A DNA stretch of 24,449 bases from assembly GCA_031256725.1 (NCBI GenBank), contig JAIRQE010000020.1, forward strand, positions 1-24,449. Reading direction: 5' to 3'. Position 1 is the stretch's first letter, and every line of letters starts with the position of its first letter. The notes beneath the pieces are model-generated. The model was not told the DNA's origin and searched no databases. It saw only the letters and a list, made by a program, of their open reading frames with translations. The stretch is from Propionibacteriaceae bacterium. GTDB taxonomy: Bacteria; Actinomycetota; Actinomycetes; Propionibacteriales; Propionibacteriaceae. Shown here in pieces: positions 1-7,233 of this stretch. The position numbers and the translations under genes were made by a program.

Positions 1-149
1 CCAGCAGCATCAGCCCGAGGAGCAACAAACCCCTGCCCCAACACCACCGTCGAAACAATCATCACAAACGTCGTCAACAAAGCCACAGGCTTCACAAACC
101 CACGACGATTAGAGAAGCGCGATTTCGCGACACCAGTAGAAGAAATCAT
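1..149 (-). CDS. 5' end of a secreted or membrane-anchored protein (partial; continues past the left window edge)
   Basis: Too short for the ORF track. The reverse complement of 1..149 reads ATG ATT TCT TCT..., giving MISSTGVAKSRFSNRRGFVKPVALLTTFVMIVSTVVLGQGFVAPRADAA. This is a basic n-region followed by a ~22-aa hydrophobic core and an Ala-rich site, with the frame open to the window edge. A GGGGG run lies ~5 nt upstream of the ATG at 149. Confidence 0.45.
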   Translation of the reverse strand, partial: MISSTGVAKSRFSNRRGFVKPVALLTTFVMIVSTVVLGQGFVAPRADAA

Positions 150-588
150 TATACCCCCAAAGAGCACGTTATAGACTGCAGCACCCTCATGCGCAGTAAA
201 AACCCACGACAAACAATCCTTGAGCGTCAAGGGTCGAGAAAATCTCCATTTCTCGTAGTCCCAAGTCTGCCACAGTGGATTATTAGCCTTCAATCACTTC
301 CCCGGGACTACATATCCCGAATTAAGTAAAATCTCATCTTTTTACACAAATAACCGCACGGTTTATTGCCCCTGACAAGGAGTTATATTCAGAAGTAATC
401 TTTAGTTGTACCCAAAAACCACTCTCAAGGCCGCCCCAATTTAAATATAGCTTGTGCCCACTATGTGGACTCTCTAGGTTCTTGTCCATGTGAACGAGAA
501 TTCAGATGCCTACCCAAGCGTCACAATTACACCAATGTAACTATGAAACCGCCTGAGTACCCGTCCTCACAGAAATGCTGCCGTAAAT

Positions 589-634
589 CGAAAATGTGGA
601 TAATTTCCCAGGAATAAGAAAACCTGTGGATAAC
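589..634 (+). promoter_or_regulatory. Pair of direct repeats GAAAA(N0-2)TGTGGATAA; each core is identical to the reverse complement of the E. coli-type DnaA box TTATCCACA
   Basis: Exact TGTGGATAA at 595..603 and 625..633, a 30-bp centre-to-centre spacing in the same orientation. Both are preceded by GAAAA and lie 55-90 nt upstream of the GTG start at 687. The binding protein is unknown. Confidence 0.3.
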
Positions 635-686
635 TCGCATAGCCTGTCCGAAAACCATCACAGTAGAAGGGTAGGAAAGGAAAACG

Positions 687-3575
687 GTGCGTACACAGAA
701 AACACAGTCACATCAGCGATCTCCGGCTCGCATATTGCGCTCCCTGTTGGCCATTGGTGCCCTAGGGATTCTTGTCTGCGGTGTTCCATGGGTGATCATC
801 GAGTGGGGAGCCTGGGTTGAACTATTCCACTATGCTCGCAACCCCTCGCTCTTACTACTGCCCGATGATGGCCATCTTGTACTAGCGATATTGACGGGGT
901 TGGGGGCTGTGTTTTGGGTACTTCTTGCATGCAGCGTCTTTCTTGAGATTCTGGAGGCTTGTCGAAATCGAGTCATGCCTCAACGCGGTAAACCTCGACC
1001 CAGAAGTTTTCGTTTCGGGAGGGCTTTGGTACGACCCTTGGTTTCGGCTGCTTTCGCATTGACTCTCCTTGGTGGCGGGATCCATGCGGGCGCTGACGAG
1101 CTACCCCATGTACCACCCGTTACAGCAGCAGCCTGGACGCAGGAGGATTTAGTGGACAAGCCTTTATACAGTCAGACTGACCACGAGAACATCTATGTCG
1201 TTCAACCAGGGGATTCATTGTGGTCGATCGCCGAGAATGTTTATGGCGATGGACGTCAGTGGACGCTCATTGCCCACTCCAATGAGGATGTACTGAACGG
1301 ATCAATCGATCTCATTCAGGTGGGATGGAGGTTGGTTATCCCCGCCAAACCCGAGGAATCCGTATGTACACCCAATGAAACTGTCGTTGTTCAACCAGGG
1401 GACTCCTTGTGGGCCATTGCTGAAACCCATCTTGGAGATGGAGGGCAGTGGCCGAAAGTAGCAGCAGCCAATCCCAGCATTGCCAATCCACGCCAGATTG
1501 AGCCCGGATGGGAATTGAAGATTCCCTGCGAGAAACCACCTTCATTGGCGGATGTTGACGAGAACTCTGATATAGCTACTGAATCAACACTGCCTCAAAT
1601 GCCGGAACCATTGGAGACCAGTTCACCAGAAGACATCCCAGATGGTCTGTCTTCTGGGGTGGAGGCTGTTACAGACGCTTGGGAGACATGGTCATCTCCA
1701 ACGACCCATGATGCTGAGGATTCCGTTTCATTGAGCCGAGAATCCACCTCAGAAGTACCCACAGATCCAGGTGATGAGGAAAACTTTATTGCCTCCCCTG
1801 AAACCATCGGGGTGAGCGCTGCTCTTGCCAGTGGAATGGCCCTGATGATTGGACGCCGCCGTCTTAACCAGCTCAGAGCTCGCCCTGTGGGCCGAAGGAT
1901 TCTGCATCCGGGAACAGAGGGTCGTCGCTTTGCATCTGCGCTTGATCTCGTGGGCGCACAAACCACTGTTCCAAGTGCCACAGCTCGACTATCAGGCCTC
2001 GTTGAAGACATGAAATCCCTTAAGGTTTTCGATTGGACAGATTCTGATTTAAGTAAAATCCTTTCTCGGAATCAACCTGAAGTCGAGACATTTTTGATAG
2101 ACAAACATGGAATGGCAATATCAGTTGGTGAGGACTTGGAAGGGAACCCCGTCATCGCTGAAATTGGCGGTTCCGTTCCGTTCCTCGTGACTAGCGAAAG
2201 AGGGGAAGGCTTGTCGCGTGTCATGCGCGGCATCGCAATGAACATGGCTGTTGAAGAATGCCTCGGTGGAACGGAATTGCATGTCGTCACCAACAACGAC
2301 CTTTTCGACTCCTTTGAAAACCTTCACCGCCACGTTGATGCCGATGATGCCCTTCAATCTATGAAGGAGATCACAACCAATCGCCTCGGATTCATCGGCG
2401 ACAATGACTGGAATCGCCTTAAAGAGGATCCCAATTGTGGTGAGGCATGGCGTTCAGTTGTGTTCATTTTTACCAACCCTGTCAATACCACTCAATACAC
2501 CCAACTATCTGACTCATTAGCGGGTCCTAATCTTGGTGTCGCTGCCGTGGTTCCCATGATCGTGGATGCTCCCACGACTATTCATCTTCCCAGTAGAGGG
2601 CTGCGAGTTGAGTCGGAAAATCAAGCGATTCTATGCCCACAAGAAATCACAGTTCGCCCCCATCAGCTTCAACCCAGTGAGCCTATGGGCGACCTTCTCG
2701 AAACCTCAGTAAGTGAGGAGACCACCCAAGCCTGGTGGGTTTCCGAGTCTGATATACCCGCAAGCCCTTGTCTACACGTCACCGAAAGATACCCCGACAT
2801 GCACAGTTCAATGATGAACACTCAGTCAGGAACCCCTAGTACAACCTTCAGCCACCCAACACTACGACTATTGGGTCCGATCACACTTGAGGGTGCCCGT
2901 GGTACCCCCATATCTCGCGCTGAACGATCCTGTATGGAGTACTGCGGTTGGCTCCTTGAATACCCTGGGACAACAGCGATGGCCATGGCTCAAGGTCTCA
3001 TGGTTGCAGAAAGTACACGCCGCTCAAACATGAGCAGACTCAGGGGGTGGCTTGGCTCCGATGAGAACGCCAATCCCTACCTCCCTGAGGCTTATTCTGG
3101 TCGCATATGGCTAGACCCAGCTGTCACATCCGATTGGCATCGTATGTGTCTGCTCGTGAACCGTGGCATCGAAGAGGCTGCGACCGACAATCTGCTTGAA
3201 GCTCTCACCCTAGTTCGAGGAGCCCCTCTTGCTGATGCCACACCAGGACAGTGGCATTGGGCTGAAGAGCTGCGAACAGACATGGTTTCACTCATCCGCG
3301 ACATTGGAGTTGTTGCCACCAATCGTTGTGTAGCTAACCAGGAGATTGACAAAGCACGATGGGCTGCCAGTCGAGCATTGACCGCTGCCCCCGAGGATGA
3401 GATGCTTCTGTGTGCACGAGTACGTACAGAACATTGTGCTGGCAATCGCATGGAGGTTGAACGTCTTGCTTCCTGGATTTCGCGTAATGCACGAAACCTC
3501 GGTATCGACCTATTCCCTGACACGGTCAAGACTCTTCACCATGTACTAGGTACCCTCGTACCAGATAAGCGGTGA
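687..3575 (+). CDS. Multi-pass membrane protein with two extracytoplasmic LysM domains and a C-terminal SARP-like (winged-helix + BTAD) region
   Basis: 962-aa ORF with a GTG start behind AGGAAAGGAAAA. Hydrophobic segments sit at roughly aa 15-37, 62-88, 118-137 and 373-392, the last followed by RRR. Two LysM repeats are YVVQPGDSLWSIAE...GWRLVIP (1194..1343) and VVVQPGDSLWAIAE...GWELKIP (1383..1526). The C-terminus from 2862 reads LRLLGPITLEGARG...RSNMSRLRGWLG followed by helical repeats typical of SARP wHTH+BTAD. Confidence 0.8.
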   Translation: MRTQKTQSHQRSPARILRSLLAIGALGILVCGVPWVIIEWGAWVELFHYARNPSLLLLPDDGHLVLAILTGLGAVFWVLLACSVFLEILEACRNRVMPQRGKPRPRSFRFGRALVRPLVSAAFALTLLGGGIHAGADELPHVPPVTAAAWTQEDLVDKPLYSQTDHENIYVVQPGDSLWSIAENVYGDGRQWTLIAHSNEDVLNGSIDLIQVGWRLVIPAKPEESVCTPNETVVVQPGDSLWAIAETHLGDGGQWPKVAAANPSIANPRQIEPGWELKIPCEKPPSLADVDENSDIATESTLPQMPEPLETSSPEDIPDGLSSGVEAVTDAWETWSSPTTHDAEDSVSLSRESTSEVPTDPGDEENFIASPETIGVSAALASGMALMIGRRRLNQLRARPVGRRILHPGTEGRRFASALDLVGAQTTVPSATARLSGLVEDMKSLKVFDWTDSDLSKILSRNQPEVETFLIDKHGMAISVGEDLEGNPVIAEIGGSVPFLVTSERGEGLSRVMRGIAMNMAVEECLGGTELHVVTNNDLFDSFENLHRHVDADDALQSMKEITTNRLGFIGDNDWNRLKEDPNCGEAWRSVVFIFTNPVNTTQYTQLSDSLAGPNLGVAAVVPMIVDAPTTIHLPSRGLRVESENQAILCPQEITVRPHQLQPSEPMGDLLETSVSEETTQAWWVSESDIPASPCLHVTERYPDMHSSMMNTQSGTPSTTFSHPTLRLLGPITLEGARGTPISRAERSCMEYCGWLLEYPGTTAMAMAQGLMVAESTRRSNMSRLRGWLGSDENANPYLPEAYSGRIWLDPAVTSDWHRMCLLVNRGIEEAATDNLLEALTLVRGAPLADATPGQWHWAEELRTDMVSLIRDIGVVATNRCVANQEIDKARWAASRALTAAPEDEMLLCARVRTEHCAGNRMEVERLASWISRNARNLGIDLFPDTVKTLHHVLGTLVPDKR

Positions 3576-3691
3576 TGAGGTTCTGTACACATCCAGGTCG
3601 TTGAGAGCTTTAGTAAAACACTCTCGTGGATCATGAGTCAATCGATTAGGATGTGAAGGGTACATCGTCGTTCCAGCGAAGGAGGATTTTC

Positions 3692-4324
3692 GTGAATCCC
3701 GCAACAACAGCACTCGTACTCATCGAATTCCAGAATGATTTCACCTCTGAGGGAGGTACCCTACATGGGGCCGTCGCCGAGGTTATGGCTTCAACAGATA
3801 TGTTGAATAAGGCTGGGGCGGCGGCAACCGCTACTCGCTCAGCCGGAGGATGCGTCATCCACAGCCCCATCAGCTATCATGAAGGCTACTATGAGATTAA
3901 CTCCGATCCCTATGGCATCCTCGCAGGTGTTGTCGGTTCAAAGTCCTTTATCAAAGGTGGATGGGGTGCCGAAATAGTTGAGTCTATGGCCCCTCACGAT
4001 GGCGATATCGTTCTCGAGGGCAAGCGTGGCCTAGATGCTTTTGGCTCAACCAACCTCGACTTCATCTTGCGTAGCAAGGGCATCCAGACCGTTGTACTGG
4101 CTGGCTTCCTCACCAATTGCTGTGTGGAATCCACCATGCGTAGTGCCTACGAGCGTGGGTACGAGGTCATCACCTTGACTGATGCTGTGGCCGCCACCTC
4201 CCAAGCAGAACACGACAACGCCATCCAGTATGACTACCCAATGTTCTCCAAGCCGATGACGGTCGCGGATTACTTGGAAACCCTTGCTGGCGCAAGTGTT
4301 GCCGATTCTTCTCGCGGTTACTGA
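3692..4324 (+). CDS. Isochorismatase-family cysteine hydrolase
   Basis: The ORF runs 3653..4324. I prefer the in-frame GTG at 3692 because AGGAGG (3680..3685) sits 6 nt upstream. Family motifs include ALVLIEFQNDF and VVLAGFLTNCCVESTMRSAYERGYEV (catalytic Cys context). Confidence 0.8.
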   Translation: MNPATTALVLIEFQNDFTSEGGTLHGAVAEVMASTDMLNKAGAAATATRSAGGCVIHSPISYHEGYYEINSDPYGILAGVVGSKSFIKGGWGAEIVESMAPHDGDIVLEGKRGLDAFGSTNLDFILRSKGIQTVVLAGFLTNCCVESTMRSAYERGYEVITLTDAVAATSQAEHDNAIQYDYPMFSKPMTVADYLETLAGASVADSSRGY

Positions 4325-4337
4325 TCGCGGTTACTGA
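4312..4337. repeat. Perfect 13-bp tandem duplication (TCGCGGTTACTGA x2) at the junction of two convergent genes
   Basis: Copies at 4312..4324 and 4325..4337. Copy 1 contains the TGA stop of the + strand hydrolase (4322..4324). Copy 2 contains the TAA stop (4331..4333 on the - strand) and last codons of the GNAT gene. Confidence 0.9.
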
Positions 4338-4795
4338 GACAGTCTCATTCTCATTGGCGTGAGTGGACGTACCTGGAAGCCAGCTTTCTCGTAGAGTCCT
4401 CGTCCCATGGCAGTGGCTTCAAGGTCAACCACATCCAGGTCTAATTCGCGCGCTTTGTCGATGGTGGCAGCCAGTACTCTTTCTGCGTAGCCGCGGCGCC
4501 TAAAACCTGGGAGGGTGAAGACGTTGAGCAGGGTACCGTTGCGGCCTCGAGGCATGGCTGAGTTGGCGGGCATGTCGCGGATCGCTAGAAAGACGGTTGC
4601 CACCAGGGTACCTTCGACAAAACCAAGGACGCCGATGAATGAGCCATCCTTCATTGCTGTGGGGAGGTAGGCGCGAAACTGTGCGGCTAGGGCTTCATTC
4701 TCGTCATGAGCATTGGGATGCAGCTCCTCGTTGAACCTCAACCTGGCCTCAACCAGAGTCTCGATATCATCAGTTGTCGCGAAGCGAATCTCCAT
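4331..4795 (-). CDS. GNAT-family N-acetyltransferase
   Basis: 154-aa ORF. It carries an acetyl-CoA binding motif, TLPGFRRRGYAERVLAATIDKA, and the C-terminal GLYEKAGF typical of GNAT folds. Confidence 0.85.
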   Translation of the reverse strand: MEIRFATTDDIETLVEARLRFNEELHPNAHDENEALAAQFRAYLPTAMKDGSFIGVLGFVEGTLVATVFLAIRDMPANSAMPRGRNGTLLNVFTLPGFRRRGYAERVLAATIDKARELDLDVVDLEATAMGRGLYEKAGFQVRPLTPMRMRLSQ

Positions 4796-4885
4796 TGCCT
4801 ATCCTTTCGTCAACACATCAGTCTACGACCCTTCACAACCATGATGGATACGGATCGCAGATCGCAGCCGACTGCGGTTCATTGG

Positions 4886-4995
4886 TGTACACGGAGGGTG
4901 GTACATCTATCTCCAACACTCTCGCAGTTGTTTCCTTCGGAAACAACTCCTCCGTTCGGGGATACGGTTTGAGATAGATGTACCACCCTCCGCGT
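4886..4995. repeat. Family A palindromic intergenic repeat, copy 1 (MITE/REP-like or structured RNA)
   Basis: Perfect 21-nt terminal inverted repeat: GGAGGGTGGTACATCTATCTC (4893..4913) against GAGATAGATGTACCACCCTCC (4971..4991). An inner 9-bp hairpin is GTTGTTTCC-TTC-GGAAACAAC (cUUCGg-type loop). About 85% of positions match the element at 17231..17347, in the opposite orientation. Confidence 0.85.
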
Positions 4996-5027
4996 ATTCA
5001 ATGATGGCTTGATGAGAAGTGGGTCGG

Positions 5028-5549
5028 TTAACTAAGGAGATCCTCCCCGTCTGTGAAGTCCTGCCACGAAGGCAATCCTGCTTCTGAGCAGGCACATTGC
5101 GAGAGTACATCAACCATGACAGAGCAGGAGGTACGTTCCCCTCGGGCCAGTTCTTGGCATGCGCATACATCGACCGTAAGATAGTGTGCTATCTTTTCCC
5201 AGGTTATACCGAGGCTTCGTAGTCGCCTGATTCTCATTCCTGCCTTCTCGGCACTCATCTGGGCACCTCTCATCCACCTAAGATCCTCCATTCTCAGTTC
5301 GATGAGACTTCGGGCAGCGATAATACTGATTTTTGGTCGGACCCGTCCATTACGGCCGTAAAGAAGGGTTCTCAAGGTACCCAAAGAAACTCCTGCCTTG
5401 TGAGCAACAACGGGCCAAGGGATCTGAGCAGTGGTAACCAAATGGGACACATGGGCTCTAAATGGGGCCGCAGGTACCCATTGGTCTTCGACCTCATGTC
5501 GCGGTATGGCCCTTACAGCGGTAGTACGTGAAAAGGTTGCGAGTGCCAT
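5028..5549 (-). CDS. Hypothetical DNA-binding protein with two HTH-like segments and a Cys-rich C-terminus
   Basis: 173-aa ORF with an ATG behind AGGAGA. HTH-like stretches are VAHKAGVSLGTLRTLLYG and LRSLGITWEKIAHYLTV. A C-terminal cysteine pattern reads CAC-x14-C-x11-CAC. No family was recognised by eye. Confidence 0.6.
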   Translation of the reverse strand: MALATFSRTTAVRAIPRHEVEDQWVPAAPFRAHVSHLVTTAQIPWPVVAHKAGVSLGTLRTLLYGRNGRVRPKISIIAARSLIELRMEDLRWMRGAQMSAEKAGMRIRRLRSLGITWEKIAHYLTVDVCACQELARGERTSCSVMVDVLSQCACSEAGLPSWQDFTDGEDLLS

Positions 5550-5749
5550 AGTTTCTCCTGTGTTTTAGGCGTACACAGAAGAAGGCCTTTGAGAAGGACC
5601 ATTTGTGAGGTCAGAGATCGAAATTCTTTGTAGTACTTTGTACGGCTTCCTGCCTCGTTATCGAAACTCTCGCATCAAAGATCTAAGCAGAGTAGTTCCA
5701 CTCATGTGGGAGTGACTGTCAAAGTAATCCAGGAGTCAATGCTGATTGG

Positions 5750-7054
5750 TCACACAAGGGCCTGGTAGATTGCGCGAACTGCGTCCTCGTACCGGGAAGT
5801 GTCGACAACTACTACCTGCATAGAGTCGGCACAGGAGTCGACATGGATCTCAATCCCCGCCTCAAGGAGGGCATCCGCTATGTTTGCGTTGATTGTTCCA
5901 CGTGACACAATCCCTGTTGTGACTACTCCGACGAGGGCTAGGCCATCGCGTACTTCATAGGAATCGGGTTCCAGCGTCTGGATTTTCGCAACCACTGTTT
6001 CCAGGGTTTTGGAGTCACCACGAATGATGATAGTCCAAGCATCTACGCTTGTCAGGACAAGATCGACAGCGATATTGGCTTCATCGAAGAGTTGGAGGAG
6101 TCCTGCTCCGACGCCCAGTGAACCACTCCATTGCACCTTGCGTACAGTGATGGCGGTACATCCCGTACGACCTGCAAGCCCAATGATCTTGGGTGCGATG
6201 GATGATGTCACCTGATCGCCTGGGGCATCTGCTTGAATCCAGGTACCCGGATCATCGGGGCGATCAGTGTTACGGATATTGGTTGGAATCCCAGCCCTAC
6301 GAACCGGATAGATGGCATTCTCGTGAAGGACGGAGGCTCCAAGGTATGTCAGTTGCCTCAATGCAGTATAGGAAATCCTCGTAATGGGCTGGGGTGCTTG
6401 TACGATCCTGGGATCTGCCATAAGGATCCCCGAAACGTCGGTCCAATTCTCGTAGACATCAACCTTCGCAGCACGAGCAACAAGAGCGCCAGTGACATCT
6501 GATCCACCCCGGGAGAAGGTACGGACAACACCTGAAGGCGTAGCACCATAGAAGCCTGGTACAACAGCACGTTCAACTTTATCGAGAGCCTCACCCAGTA
6601 CCATGTTGGTTTCTTCGGATAGGAAGGTACCATCTTCACAGAAGCAGATGACCTCCGCGGCGTCAATGAAAGTCCATCCAAGATGGGCTGCAATAATCAT
6701 CGAGTTGAGGTACTCCCCACGAGAGGCGAAGTAATCCATCCCAGCATCTGCTAAGAGTTGTCGCTCAATTTCAGCGAAGATTGAGTCAAGATCAATATCA
6801 ACCCCGAGTTCTTGAGCGATCTCAGTGAATCGGGATTGAATGGCCGACAGGGTGGGCCCATAGTCACCATTGCGACGCTCATAGAGTTCATACAAGAGGT
6901 CGGTGATCTTAATATCGTCCGACGACCTTTTTCCTGGCGCTGATGCAACAAGGTACCGACGATCCGGCTGGGCCTTGATGATGCCGACTGCCTTCTTGAT
7001 CTGGGATGCGCTAGCAAGACTGGTGCCACCGAACTTTATCGCTCGTAGTCCCAT
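5750..7054 (-). CDS. Aspartate kinase (monofunctional class with C-terminal ACT domains)
   Basis: The ORF runs 5750..7078. I prefer the ATG at 7054 (MGLRAIKFGGTS...) because GAGGGGAGAG lies 5 nt upstream. Motifs are KFGGTS, SRGGSD and TDVSGILMADPRIV, followed by an ACT-like C-terminal half. Confidence 0.9.
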   Translation of the reverse strand: MGLRAIKFGGTSLASASQIKKAVGIIKAQPDRRYLVASAPGKRSSDDIKITDLLYELYERRNGDYGPTLSAIQSRFTEIAQELGVDIDLDSIFAEIERQLLADAGMDYFASRGEYLNSMIIAAHLGWTFIDAAEVICFCEDGTFLSEETNMVLGEALDKVERAVVPGFYGATPSGVVRTFSRGGSDVTGALVARAAKVDVYENWTDVSGILMADPRIVQAPQPITRISYTALRQLTYLGASVLHENAIYPVRRAGIPTNIRNTDRPDDPGTWIQADAPGDQVTSSIAPKIIGLAGRTGCTAITVRKVQWSGSLGVGAGLLQLFDEANIAVDLVLTSVDAWTIIIRGDSKTLETVVAKIQTLEPDSYEVRDGLALVGVVTTGIVSRGTINANIADALLEAGIEIHVDSCADSMQVVVVDTSRYEDAVRAIYQALV

Positions 7055-7104
7055 GAGTACTCTCCCCTCAGCCCACATAGCCGGCTACGGGGATCTGTGG
7101 TTGG

Positions 7105-7128
7105 GGCGCAGTACACAAGGACTGCGCC
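7105..7128 (-). terminator. Stable GC-rich hairpin, a possible I-shaped terminator or attenuator between the orphan gene and aspartate kinase
   Basis: GGCGCAGT (7105..7112) pairs perfectly with ACTGCGCC (7121..7128) around an 8-nt loop. There is no U-tract on either strand, so function is uncertain. Confidence 0.25.
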
Positions 7129-7233
7129 ACGACGAACACCGTCATCCTACTGGTGCGCAACCAAGCACTGCAAAGAAAACCTTCGGTCGCATGCGTAATT
7201 CCACCAGGTCGACAAGATTACGACCCTTGCCCA

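Noticed and set aside
150-400. A ydaO/c-di-AMP riboswitch upstream of the LysM gene or of the divergent secreted-protein gene.
   Set aside because: There are only scattered weak resemblances (one GGGGA-containing stretch). I could not assemble the pseudo-symmetric helices by eye. A covariance-model scan is needed before any call.
589-634. Interpreting the paired DnaA boxes and AT-rich region as the chromosomal origin (oriC).
   Set aside because: There are only two exact boxes, no dnaA, dnaN or rpmH context, and no clear AT-rich unwinding repeats. Actinobacterial oriC regions normally contain many boxes. The site is kept only as a regulatory-site hypothesis.
4891-4913. The T-box-like sequence AGGGTGGTAC in family A arms (also at 17236 and 11535, - strand), and AGAGTGGTACGCAAG in the family B loop (20961..20975).
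   Set aside because: The match covers only about 10 nt of the T-box consensus. The motif is locked in a long perfect stem rather than an antiterminator bulge. The family A copies lie at gene 3' ends, not upstream of aminoacyl-tRNA or amino-acid genes. No specifier-loop architecture is visible.
4774-5170. ORFs 4774..4977 (+) and 4907..5170 (-), and likewise 17198..17392 (+), which cross the family A repeats and share the peptide EGGTSISN.
   Set aside because: The shared peptide is an artefact of translating the two complementary arms of a palindromic non-coding element. There are no RBSs, and the frames run into neighbouring genes.
4331-5549. The GNAT gene and the upstream HTH gene as a GNAT-toxin/antitoxin (TacT/AtaT-like) pair.
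   Set aside because: The genes are separated by 232 nt containing a large hairpin, so they are not translationally coupled. The HTH protein is much larger than RHH/DUF1778 antitoxins. The GNAT looks like a generic housekeeping acetyltransferase.
7055-7233. A lysine riboswitch (L-box) in the 180-nt leader of aspartate kinase.
   Set aside because: Reading the - strand, I find none of the conserved L-box elements (AGAGGNGC, GUCGCCGAAG-type segments). There is only a single GC hairpin without a U-tract.
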